Source of the DNA: Ochotona princeps | Lineage: Eukaryota | Length of the DNA: 64,000 nt | NCBI RefSeq assembly: GCF_030435755.1 | Contig: NC_080843.1 | Location: forward strand, 68,734,485 to 68,798,484 | Reading direction: 5' to 3' | In this document: positions 11,400 to 21,870 of the stretch, piece by piece | How positions within the stretch are numbered: position 1 is the stretch's first letter | How the letters are laid out: the number at the start of each line of letters is the position of its first letter | Notes under the pieces: model-generated | What the model was told of the DNA's origin: nothing | What the model saw: only the letters and a program-made list of their open reading frames with translations | The model's database searches: none | Translations under genes and position numbers: made by a program

Positions 11400-13200
11400 G
11401 AAAGGGGTGTACCAGGCAGGGCTGAGCAAACCTTAACTCACAAGCAAGAACAGAAATCAGGATGGAGCGCAGGTCATGCCGAGCTAGGCTCTTACATTGG
11501 CTGGTTTGCATGAGCCAGGGAGGCCAGGACACAGTATCTAAGGCAAAAGCCAAGACAGGTGAGGGGCTGTGCCAAAATGGGTCAGAGCAACCACTAGCAC
11601 GCACACGATCAGTGGCTGGGAGGAGGCCCGGTTTGGGAGCTAAGAGAATACCCTGGCTGGGTTGGGATTCCCACTGGTGAGTGCGGGGGCCGGAGTGGGG
11701 GCTGCAATTGGGTCTGGATATGGCTGCAGTGACCCTAGGCACAATTGTGGACAGGGGCTGGGGGCTCCAAGTTGGGCTAGACCCCAGCACCATCTGGTGC
11801 TCTGGAGGACCAGGGTAGATGTAGAACAGACTAGGCTAGGTCTCTGCCTCTACTGAGCCATGTGTGAGCAGTGTGTGGTTTGGACGAGCCTTGGCTGGGC
11901 TGAAACATCCAATAGTAAGGACCGGAATGGGTTGAAGGCCAATCAGGACAGGAGGTGGACTAACTAGGGCTGGCCCATGAACCCACCGGCATGTGCAAGA
12001 TCTGGCATTGGGAGAGGTTCTGATGGAGGAGCCTGGGCAACTCCTGTGGCAGGACACAGTCCCTGCAGGTGAGAGCAAAAACCACAATAGGGAGCAGCCC
12101 AGACGAGGCCAGGGAAAGGTACCCACCAGCATACATTTGGCACAGGTCGGGGACAGATGAGGCTGAACTAGTTCACATCACCTGCTGGTGAATCCAAACA
12201 CCAGAACAGAGTGTGGGCCGGGCCATGTTCGAATGCAGCACAAACCAGTACACATTAGGGCTAGGACGGGGTGCTGGCTGGGCTGGGCTGGGTTGTAGCT
12301 CCAACCAGCAAGAGCTGGAATTGATAGTGGGCTGGGCCAAGCTACAGCTCCCACTGGCAAATGCTGAGGTGAGGGGGGCCAAGTCAGACTAGACTGCAGT
12401 GCCCAACCAGCACATGTGAGAACCAGTGGAGGAGGGGGCTAAGCCGGTAGGGGGAATGTGGAGGGCTCCCCTGCTGGACAGCCACTCCCACTAGAGAGTG
12501 TGAGTTGGGATGGGGGCAGACCAGACCAGTCAGGGCTACAACACCTGTGGGCCTCATGTGAGCTAGATCAGGGAAAAGCCAGGCTAGGCTTACTGCTCCG
12601 ACTGGTATATGCATAAGTTAGAGAGAGGGCAGGTTGGTTGGGCTTTGCCGCAACATCAGCTGGCAGATGCTAGCACTGAGGGCTAATTCTCTCATGTTAT
12701 TACCACAGAATCACCTGCGGAGAGCATGATCTGGAAGTGGGAGTGGCCCAGTAGGGAAAAAATGGGCACCTCCCTCTTGGGTTATCACTCCCACTGAAGA
12801 GCATGAAAACCAGGATAGGGGCAGGCGTGTATAGACAGAACAGCACTCACCAGCATGTGTGTGGGCTGGATAGTAGGGCTGGTTGGGTTGAACTAGGCTT
12901 CAATGCCCACTGACATGTATAACAAGTGAATGGGATGTGGAACAGACTGAACAAGTCTGCTGTACATACTGGCAAGCATGGGAACCAGGGGGCAGGTCAG
13001 CTGCGGGTTATTGGGAGTCACCCTGACTAGGCTGCAGCTCCCACTGGTTTGCGAGAAGGCCAAGTGTGTGCTGGGCAGTATCAGGCTTGACTGCAACATC
13101 CATCGGTTTGTTGGAAGACAGGGCTAGAAACAGAACTGACCCAGCAATTGCAATGACCAGCATATGCATAAGCTGATTGGGGCGATGGACTGTATTGGCA
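11400..13200. repeat. Degenerate tandem array, about 57-62 bp units, about 25-30 units
   Basis: Successive units share the frame c(c/a)c..c(t/c)gg..atgtg....gggctgg...ctgggct..(c/t)tgcag. Examples are ctcccactggcaaatgctgaggtgaggggggccaagtcagactagactgcag, ctcccactggtttgcgagaaggccaagtgtgtgctgggcagtatcaggcttgactgcaacat, and cccactgacatgtataacaagtgaatgggatgtggaacagactgaacaagtctgctgtacat. Confidence 0.6.
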
Positions 13201-13600
13201 AACTCACACAAGAATCAGGTCTGGGATCACTTAGACAAAGTTTCTTTGGGGATCCCTCCAACTGAACTGCTGATCTCAGAACCCCAACCAGGAAGAGACT
13301 ATGTCAGCCAGTGGATTCTGAAGAGATTTCATTGCGCTTGGAATGGCAAGATTGGCAGCAACTCAGAACTGTTGAACTATCAAAACTGCTTGAGCAGGAC
13401 CCTCGGAGCGTGCCCCACGTTGAGGACCTGGGATGGGTGGGAGGCTAGTTGGGGCTTCTCTCTCTGTCTATCCCCTGCCCCCAGATCCGGAAAATAATAA
13501 TAATATTAATGTGAAAACAATGGTCTTACCCACTTTCCTGTATCCCTTGACCCTTTGTGCCGTAATCAACTATGTAAAGATTATCAAAATGAAATAATTT

Positions 13601-13922
13601 GGGCCCGGTGTGGTGGCCTAGGGGCTAAAGTCCTCGCCTTGAACGTGCCGGGATCCCACATGGGCACTGGTTCTAATCCCAGCGGCTCCACTTTCCATCC
13701 AGCTCCCTGCCTGTGGCTTGGGAAAGCAGTGGAGGACGGCACAAAGCCTTGGGTTCCTGCACCCGCGTGGGAGCTCAGAAGAGCTCCTGGTGCAGTACCG
13801 GCTGTTGCAGTCACTTGCGGAGTGAATCACTGGACTGAAGATGTTCTCCTACTCTCTGTATATCTGACTTTGCAATAAAAATAAATAGATCTTTAAAAAA
13901 GAAAAGAATTTAAAAAAAAAAA
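13601..13922 (+). mobile_element. C-repeat SINE, sense (first of four head-to-tail sense copies at 13.6-15.3 kb)
   Basis: Starts gggcccggtgtggtggcctaggggctaaagtcctcgccttgaacg and ends ..ctgactttgcaataaaaataaatag plus an A-run. Confidence 0.85.
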
Positions 13923-13932
13923 AAACTGCTGG

Positions 13933-14260
13933 GGGGCCCGGCGGCATGGCCTAGTGGCTAAAGTCCTCTTGCCTTGAACGCCCCAGGACCCCATATGGGC
14001 TCCAGTTCTAATCCCGGCAGCTCCACTTCCCACCCAGCTCCCTGCTTGTGGCCTGGGAAAGCAGTGGAGGACGGCCCAAAGCCTTGGGACCCTGCACCTG
14101 CATGGGGACCCGGAAGAATTTTCTGACTCTTGGCTTCAGATCAGCTCAGCTCCAGCTGTTGGAGCCACCTGGGGAATGAACCTTGACTGAAGATCTTCTT
14201 ATCTCTTCTCTCTGTACATCTAACTTTCTAATAAAAATAAAATAAATCTTAAAAAAAAGA
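13933..14260 (+). mobile_element. C-repeat SINE, sense
   Basis: Starts gggcccggcggcatggcctagtggctaaagtcctcttgccttgaacgcc and ends ..taactttctaataaaaataaaataaatcttaaaaaaaa. Confidence 0.85.
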
Positions 14261-14268
14261 GCCCTTTA

Positions 14269-14595
14269 GGGCCCGGCGGCGTGGCGTAGCGCCTAAAGTC
14301 CTCGCCTTGAAAGCCCCGGGATCCCATATGGGCGCCGGTTCTAATCCCGCCAGCTCCACTTCCCATCCAGCTCCCTGCTTGTGGCCTGGGAAAGCAGTGG
14401 AGGACGACCAAATGCATTGGGACACTGCATCCACGTGGGAGACCCGGAAGAGGTTCCTGGTCCCGGCATGGGATTGGCACGTATCGGCCCGTTGCGGCTC
14501 ACTTGGGGAGTGAATCATCGGACGGAAGATCTTCCTCTCTGTCTCTCCTCCTCTCTGTATATCTGGCTGTAATAAAATGAATAAATCTTTATATA
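14269..14595 (+). mobile_element. C-repeat SINE, sense
   Basis: Starts gggcccggcggcgtggcgtagcgcctaaagtcctcgccttgaaagcc and ends ..tatatctggctgtaataaaatgaataaatc. Confidence 0.85.
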
Positions 14596-14931
14596 CATAT
14601 ATATAAAATGTCATATTCCTTACAGCCTCATTCCAAACGCTGTGGTTCCGCTGAGGAATCGTGATCCCACAGTGCGTCTGTACAGTGCCTAGTGACCAGG
14701 ATGCCACGAGCCACAGGGCACTCTACCTGCTGGGCATTCTGCTTACACACACCGATTCCAACAACACTCAACATTTCCTTTTTAAAAGATGTATTTCTTT
14801 TCATTGCAAAGGCAAATTTATGAGAGGAGAGAAAGATTCTGAGGAGTGACTGAAGCTTTGGCCCTGAAGGCCCCTGTGATTTTGGACTCAGTACCCCTTC
14901 AAGTATCTGCTTCCTTAAGATTTGCATGCTC

Positions 14932-15273
14932 TGGGCCTAGCGGCATGGCCTAGCGGCTAGAGTCCTCGCCTTGGAAGCCCCGGGATCCCATATGGGTGCC
15001 GGTTCTAATCCCGCCAGCTCCACTTCCCATCCAGCTCCCTGCCTGTGGCCTGGGAAAGCAGTCGAGGACGGCCCAATGCATTGGGACCCTGCACCCGCGT
15101 GGGAGACCCGGAGGAGGTTCCTGGTTCCCGGCTTCGGATCGGCACGCACCGGCCCGTTGTGGCTCACTTGGGGAGTGAATCATCGGACGGAAGATCTTCC
15201 TCTCTGTCTCTCCTTCTCTCTGTATATCTGGCTGTAATAAAATGAATAAATCTTAAAAAAAAAAAAAAAAAAA
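14932..15273 (+). mobile_element. C-repeat SINE, sense, with a 15-bp TSD aagatttgcatgctc
   Basis: Starts tgggcctagcggcatggcctagcggctagagtcctcgcc.. and ends ..aaaatgaataaatcttaaaaaaaaaaaaaaaaaa. The TSD is present at 14917-14931 and 15274-15288. Confidence 0.85.
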
Positions 15274-15539
15274 GATTTGCATGCTCCACTCTCTTCCTTG
15301 GGGAAGGGAGGCTCAGTGGGCTTCCAGGACCTCCCTATCCTAGAGGTTACACTTTTTGACCCACTGGGTGCCTATAGCCAGGCAGCCCCTGTGCCAAAGG
15401 TGCTGGGCTAAGTCCCTCGGGCTGCCTGGGGATGCACCCTCCCGATTAATGGGTCTTGATTTACAAGGGAATGATGGGATCGCACAAGTGGCAGTGGTGA
15501 GCTGTGGTTTTTATGGCCAGGTTAGAGATTCCAGCTGAG

Positions 15540-16460
15540 GGACTTCCATCGGTAAGTTTGGAGGGGAGAACAAGAGTGAGAAAAGTGGGTCTGATAGCAG
15601 AATCGGGAGGAGGGAGCAATGTGGGCTTATCCTTGTGGAACTGCAATCTCTGCTTGCTAGCCCAAGAACTTGGATGGGGTCAGGCCTTGCGGGGGAGCTT
15701 AAGGGTCACCCCAGCTGAGTTGGGGTTTCCATTGCTGAGAATGAGAGTAGGGTTGAGTGCAGCAGGCTACAGTTTGAATGTATATGGCTACAGACCGCTC
15801 TGATGTGTGTGTGCACTGGGATGGTGGAGCAACAGATTGGTCTTGATTTCAGCCCCCACTGGTACTTGTGAGAGCCAATTTGGGTGTAGAACAGGCCAGA
15901 CTAGGTCTGGACTCCTGCTGAACTATGTGAAAGCTGTGTCTGGGCGCAGACCAGGCAGCATTGGGCTTCAACAACCAACAACAAGAACCAGAATGGGTGT
16001 GGTCAGTTGAGTAAGGTCACTGTTCTCACCAGGATAGGAAATGGACAAAGTCAACCTGGGCCAACGGCCCATTGGTGTGAGCCAGAACTGCCACTGGGAG
16101 GAGACTCAATGGAGGAGCTTGGGAAACTCCTTAACTGGGATGCAGCCCGTGCAGGAGAGCGCAAGAAGCAAGGCAAGGAGCAGTCCGGACCATGCCAGCT
16201 TACATTACCTACTAACAAATACATGTGGGTAGGTCTGGGGACAGACCCGTCTAGACCAGCACATAACATCCACTGGCAGACCTGAGAAGCAGGGCAGAGT
16301 GCGGGAGGAGCCAGGTTGGGCAGCAACCTCAGCCAGCTCACATAAGGATTAGGACAGCAAGGAGGCTGGGCTGGAATAGGCTGCAGTGACAACCAACAGG
16401 AGCTGGAACAGGGGTCAGACTAGACCAGGCCAAGCTGCACAATAAGACTGTGGACGCTGA
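15540..16460. repeat. Second block of the degenerate 60-bp tandem-repeat family seen at 11.4-13.2 kb
   Basis: The same unit architecture (..ccactgg..gtg.ga...gggc..gg..ctgg...ctgcag), for example gcagtgacaaccaacaggagctggaacaggggtcagactagaccaggccaagctgcacaat. Together with 11.4-13.2 kb it may be one array split by SINE insertions. Confidence 0.5.
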
Positions 16461-16469
16461 GGGTGAGGC

Positions 16470-16900
16470 AAATCATGTCAGCCTGGGCCCAGACGGGTAC
16501 ATGAATCCCAGGGACAGGGGATCTGACAGAGCTTGGGTAGCTTGGCTCAGGTCATGCATGGGGCCCACATGTGTGGTGGGGATGGGTTCCTGAGTCCCAG
16601 GGATAGGGAAACTGGTGGGGTGTGGGTAGCTTGACCCAGATCCTGGGACTCACCTTCTAGGTGGGTGTTGGGTTCATGAGCCCCAGGGGTGGGGATCTGG
16701 CAGGGCTCAGGTCACCTGGCCTGGGTCCTAGGGCCTAACTGCAAGGTGAGGGCAGGTTTATGAGCCCCAAGGGTAGGGGATCTGGCAGGGCTTGGGTCTC
16801 CTGTCCCATGCCCTGGGCCCACCTACTAGGTAGATGTTGAGTCTGTGAGCCCCAGGGGACAGGGATTCAGTAATACTTGGGACACCTGGCCCAGCCACTT
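16470..16900. repeat. Tandem repeat, about 85-bp unit x about 5
   Basis: Successive units run catgaatcccagggacaggggatctgacagagcttgggtagcttggctcaggtcatgcatggggcccacatgtgtggtggggatgggtt / cctgagtcccagggatagggaaactggtggggtgtgggtagcttgacccagatcctgggactcaccttctaggtgggtgttgggtt / catgagccccaggggtggggatctggcagggctcaggtcacctggcctgggtcctagggcctaactgcaaggtgagggcaggttt / atgagccccaagggtaggggatctggcagggcttgggtctcctgtcccatgccctgggcccacctactaggtagatgttgagtct / gtgagccccaggggacagggattcag... Confidence 0.8.
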
Positions 16901-17354
16901 GGACTTGCCTGCAAGAATATGCCCTAATAAATAAAACGGTGGAGCAGTGGACACAGGCCCTGTTGTAAAAAGAGAATATGGCAGCACATTTGGTGCTGTA
17001 GCAGAAGAACAGAACTAACTGGACAACTACCTCAAACAAATGATGGCAGCAAAAAATCTTGGTGAATGGAACCAATGGACATTGGGAGATATCCTTGGAT
17101 TGGTGAAATTGGCAGCATTCCAGAGCTATCCAAGCCACTTGGACAGAACCCCCAGCATATGCACACATTAAGACTCTGGGTTGATATGAGGTGGCAGTTC
17201 CTCATCGTTGAGTCCTGGGACGTGTGGGAAGTCGTGAGAGGTTTTCTCCTTTGTTTCTCCCCTTTCTCCAGGAACAACAAGAAGCAATGGCAAGTTTGGA
17301 AGCAATGAATTTTCCCTAAACCTTGATCCTTCCCACCCTGATCAACCATGTAAT

Positions 17355-17465
17355 CATTGTTAGATACATATATATATATATGTATATATGTATATATGTA
17401 TATATATGTATATATGTATATATGTGTGTATATATATACATATATATATGTATGTATGTATATTT
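17355..17465. repeat. (TA)n/(TG)n compound microsatellite; a second copy of the same type at 24595-24730
   Basis: The run tatatatatatgtatatatgtatatatgtatatatatgtatatatgtatatatgtgtgtatatatatacatatatatatgtatgtatgtatat. It generates the low-complexity YIYVYIY ORFs in the track. Confidence 0.9.
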
Positions 17466-17479
17466 GTGTGCTCTTTAGT

Positions 17480-17840
17480 TTCAAATTTAGTTGGCAGCCA
17501 ATCTGCTGTAACTTCATAACCTTGTTCCCACCAATCCACTGTAATCTCATGGCACCATATCTGACTGCCACATCCACCAATCCCTCACGACCCCTAACGC
17601 CCACCCCCGGCCACAGAAAGGCGTACTCCTGCATGTGTGCTGTCCTTACCCACCCTCCTTCGACTTGCTCCCCATTTCCCTTGGAGCCCCCTCAGTCCAC
17701 TATGGCAGGAGACATCTCTCTTCCTCTCTCCCTCTCTCTGCCTCTATTCCTGTTCTGTGGCCCTCATCCCTATTGGAATAAAACCTCCTGCGTGATCCGC
17801 TGCATCTGGTGTTTGGGCTCATGGCAGCAAGCCAAAAAGA
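17480..17840 (+). mobile_element. LTR-like element copy A (U3/R region with CCAAT-like boxes, AATAAA, then ..tctggtgtttgggctcatgg)
   Basis: The sequence ..ttcccaccaatccactg..ccaccaatccctcac..ctctcttcctctctccctctctctgcctctattcctgttctgtggccctcatccctattggaataaaacctcctgcgtgatccgctgcatctggtgtttgggctcatggcag. It is homologous in architecture and sequence to copy B at 25.7-26.07 kb. Confidence 0.45.
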
Positions 17841-18062
17841 GCTAAGCTGAGAAGAACTAACAGATTGTGTCTGTGACAGCCCAGGCAATAGAAAATGGTG
17901 GACATAAGACTGGAACGCTTCTGGGACATGTCCATTGCTTGACCTTTGCCATAACCTTGAGTTCTTGGAAAGTCCTGAAAGAGTACTGAGAGTGTGTATC
18001 TCATTCCAGGTTGAGATCTTGCCTTTCATTTACAGCTCAGGCAGAAAACTGATTGACCTAAT

Positions 18063-19066
18063 TTTTTTTTAAAGATTTATTTATTTTATTACAAAGTCAG
18101 ATATACAGAGAGGAGTGCCGGAGTCCAGCTCCAGCCTGGGTTCGGAACTCGCGAAGGGTGCGTGGTAGAGGCGCAGAAAGAATAAAGAAAGAGACGGACC
18201 ACCAGAATTCTTTGATGATAGTGGACCATGCAATATTGCTGTCCGCTTTATTTAAGCAGAATCACTCAAACTCTGGCTCAGACTTTCCAAGTCATGGTCA
18301 AGTGGGTGTTTCTAAGGACAACCCTGCCACCTGCTTTACCCAAAAACAATAGAAGTTCCTGCTACAATTCTTATTCTACAACCTAATCTTGTATCACAAA
18401 GAAAAGGAGAACCTGAAGATTAAGGAAAGAATGAAACCCTAAATACAGGTCCCTTGATTAGCATAAGGTCAATGGGGACAGCCAAGACAGTAGGAACAAT
18501 AGAAGGCCCTTTTGTAAGACATTATTATTGACATTAACCTCCAAGCTTACATTGTGTAAAAAGCCAGTCTCACAGTAGCAAAAATGCCTGGACGGATTAG
18601 AATTCTTCCACAGGGTGGTCCGGTGTCCATGCAAAGGAAGGTGGAGCTGCATCCAGGTGGCTGTAGATATCCCCAGGGCCCTGCCTCAGTGGGAAGCTCC
18701 TTGTGTCCCTGCCTACAATGGAACAATGTCTTCACACCCTCGTGTCCCCCCCCCCATCCACTGCACGGACCCCAACAGAGGAGGAGAGACAGAGAGGAAG
18801 ATCTTCCGTCCGATGATTCACTCCCCAAGTGAGCCACAACGGCTGGTGCTGCGCTGATCTGAAGCCGAAAACCAGGAACCTCTTCCCGGTATCTCATGTG
18901 GGTGCATGGTCCCAAAGCCTTGGGCCGTCCTCGACTGCTTTCCCAGGCCACATGCAGAGAGCTGGATGGGAAGTGGAGCTGCCGGGATTAGAACTGGCGC
19001 CCATATGGGGTCCCGGGGCATTCAAGGCGAGAGGACTTTAGCCACTAGGCCACGCCGCAGGGCCCG
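18063..19066 (-). mobile_element. Antisense C-repeat SINE (18063-18115 + 18776-19066) split by a 660-bp insertion (18116-18774) that looks like a solo LTR
   Basis: The SINE sequence breaks after ..cagatatacagagaggag and resumes cagaggaggagagacagagaggaagatc.. The insert starts TGccggag and ends ..ggaccccaaCA. A direct duplication of about 6 bp (gaggag) flanks it. The insert carries AATAAA (aataaagaaagagacgg). Confidence 0.55.
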
Positions 19067-19879
19067 ACCTAAATTATTTTGCAAATAGAATTGGAAGCTC
19101 CTATTTGCCTAGTTCTGCCATTCGCTACTAGGCGGGAAGTGACTCTTACTGATTGAATAAAGTGCATGATGCTTAAACTGGGTATCTGTGTTCCACTACA
19201 GTTGATTGGATCATTTGTGTTGTGCACTGATGTAAGCTTGGTTGATTGAACAATTCACATCATGTGCAGTGCCTTCTTAGTTGGTAGGATATTAGCAGCT
19301 TAAGCACCTCTAAACACAGCTGACCAGAGCTTCTCCCCTTTTCCACATGTGGTGGGATGGACAGTTCACTGGTTGGTGCTGGTGAGTGAATAAAGACTCC
19401 CAAGCTTCTAAGAATCTGCCTCTGACTCATTTCTGGAATAGATTTGGTCAACTCGCAACATCTCTACACAAATTTGCCTTTCAGATAGACAACAATAAAC
19501 ATTTAAGAGAAAAGAGAAAGATCTTGGGGGTCATTTCAATTAAGGGAAAGATGGCTGAGGAACTGAATGTTGAGTGGTCACAATGTCACCACAGAGTACA
19601 GGCTGTTGGGGGAGTACCGTCTTCACAATCAAAGCCCACCCATCACTGCTGTCCTACCAAAAGTAACGCAACCCGACTGTGGGCCTCCTGTTGACAAAAA
19701 TGTTGGTGCTGAATCTATGCCCTTCCGATCTAATGTCCCTTTGTAAAGACACAGAGAACAGAGAAAAGGGAAACAGATCTAGAATGTAGGAAATTCTGCA
19801 CAACAGTTGAGCCTACCGCTGCTGTAGGCAACTTGCCGTGTATCTAGGCAAATGTTACGCTACTGGGAGAAAACCAGCC

Positions 19880-20740
19880 AGCAGCTGGCAGGCATTCTGG
19901 GCCTGGTTGATGCCAAATTTGTGTTAACTATAGCAGTATGCCAGCTTAGTTGCTTATTCTACGTTTTTCAAAAGGTAAGTTGGGAAGGCAGGGAACTCCC
20001 AGCTGGAACACACCATGCCAACCCTACTTGGCATGGTCTGCCCTTCGTCCCAGCCTTTCCATGTGCCAACAGATGTCCAGCCTTCTCCAAGCCCCAGTTC
20101 CCACAAGTGTCATATTGGTTCCTGTCAGTTCTGTGCTCCAGCCTGACTTGCCTATCCCCACCCCCATTCTCCGCATAAACAGGTGGGTGCTGCAGTCCCA
20201 CAGAGGCAAGCCCACAATTCTCATACAGGATCTGCCCCCCAGATCCAGTTCTGTCATGTTCTGGTGCGTGCTGCAGCCCAACCTGACACTTACCGACAGG
20301 TACTGCAGCCTAGCTCAGACAGACATGTCCCCAAGTCCAGTTTTCAGATGTGCCAGCAGGTGGTGAAGGCTGTTTAGCCCAGCCTAGGTCTCTCGTGTGG
20401 GTGGGTGTCTTGGGCTGACCTCTGGGTTTTCCCCCTTTAAACCATTCTGCCTCGGCTCCCTCACCTACCTGTGGAAGACCCCCAGAAGTCATTCCTCCCC
20501 TTTTAAACATGCTCTCAGACCCTCCTATTCCAGCATGTGCCCAGAGCCCCTAATCCCATATGCTCCTCAGGGGATCTGTAACCCACCCGCCTACTCCAGG
20601 GTTGGGATGGTGTGTTCCAGTTGGGAGTTCCCTGCCTTCCCTACTTACCTTTTAAAACACGTAGAATAAGCAATCAAGCTGGCATACTGCTATAGTTAAC
20701 ACAAATGTGGCATTAACCAAGCCCAGGGCGCAAAACCCAG
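19880..20740. repeat. Large imperfect inverted repeat: arms of about 150 bp (19880-20030 and 20590-20740), about 90% identical, spacer about 560 bp
   Basis: The left arm reads ..ctgggcctggttgatgccaaatttgtgttaactatagcagtatgccagcttagttgcttattctacgtttttcaaaaggtaagttgggaaggcagggaactcccagctggaacacaccatgccaaccct. The reverse complement of the right arm reads ..ctgggcttggttaatgccacatttgtgttaactatagcagtatgccagcttgattgcttattctacgtgttttaaaaggtaagtagggaaggcagggaactcccaactggaacacaccatcccaaccct. Confidence 0.85.
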
Positions 20741-21584
20741 AGCTGGGAATGGGGCTGGTAGGGGAACTCTGGAGATTCCCCTGCTGGGTTCCAGTTCCCA
20801 CTGGCAAAAGCAACAACCACAGCTGTGGGCAGTGAGGTTTCCTGGAGGACCTTCCCAACTGGACTGCTGGACTAGGACCCCGGCCACTGGGAAAATCATA
20901 GAACGTGTGGTCCAACCTTGGAGTGCATGTGTCAGGACTGGGCCTCCTCAGTTGCTGATGCCTGTGCAGTGGACGCCGTGTCCAGATGCACACGGCAGAA
21001 ATGTCAGCCAGCTCAGCTAGGCCGGCAGGGCATGTCAACTCCCTTGTCAGAGAATGGACAGCAGAACAGGTTGGACCATTCTAGCCAAGCTTTGTGGCAC
21101 ATCTCTGTCTGTGGATGCACTAAGGTGGACTTTGTCACCCAATAGGCCTTGCAAAGATTTTTCTCAACCCTGTAGCAATAAAGCCAGCAACTTCCCAGAA
21201 CTATCATAACCACTGAAGTGGCACCCTCAGAACACTGCTCCCCACATTGGGGCTCTCAAAGGCATCATCGAAAAACCATCCCCACCCCTGGGTGCTGATG
21301 AAGTCTGACAGCATGGAGCCCCTCCGGTTTCCACAGGAGGGAAAAAAAAATGAGAACATTTGCCCCACCCACCTTCCTCCCACCCACACCCACATGGGCA
21401 TGCATCCCTGTCTGCTATGTAAGCCAGATTTTTAAAAATAATAATTTAAAAAAACAGAACCATTGAATATGTTTCAAGTCCAAAGAGGGAAAAGAAGATG
21501 TCTCTAAATTCGTAAGAACTCAGAGTATGATAATGTGTTTCAAACATTTGCATTTTATTTATTTGTGTATTTATCTGTACTTGA

Positions 21585-21870
21585 AAGAATTACAGAGGGA
21601 GAAGAGACAGAAAGATCTTTTACCCTCTGGCTCACTTCTCAAATGGCCACAACAGCCCGGGTTGGGCCAGGAGCCAGAAACTTCCTCTAGGTTTTCCACT
21701 TTAGTGCAGGAACTTAAGGCCTTGGGTCATCCCCCTGTGCTTTCCCAGGACATCAGCAGAGAACTGAATGGAAAGTGGAGCAGTTGGGACAGAAAACAGC
21801 AGTCTACAGGATACCAGCACCTCAGGTAGATGATTAGCTTGCTGTGCCACCACAATGGCTCCTATTTAGT
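21585..21870 (-). mobile_element. tRNA-derived SINE, second (diverged) subfamily, antisense
   Basis: The sequence ..gaattacagagggagaagagacagaaagatcttttaccctctggctcacttctcaaatggccacaacagcccgggttgggccaggagccagaaacttcc.. Other copies of this subfamily include 2455-2720 (+), 4640-4830 (+), 22090-22365 (-), 29640-29878 (+), 31790-32440 (-, two units), 38118-38300 (+), 41270-41575 (-), 44170-44495 (+), 48335-48595 (+), 50660-50900 (+), 56345-56690 (+), 59035-59360 (+), 61803-62020 (-), 62870-63115 (-). Confidence 0.5.

Noticed and set aside
16758-17634. 136-aa and 200-aa minus-strand ORFs near 17 kb
   Set aside because: They run through the (TA/TG)n microsatellite (YIYVYIYTHIYIY..) and repeat-derived sequence. 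There are no splice-consistent boundaries and no domain resemblance.
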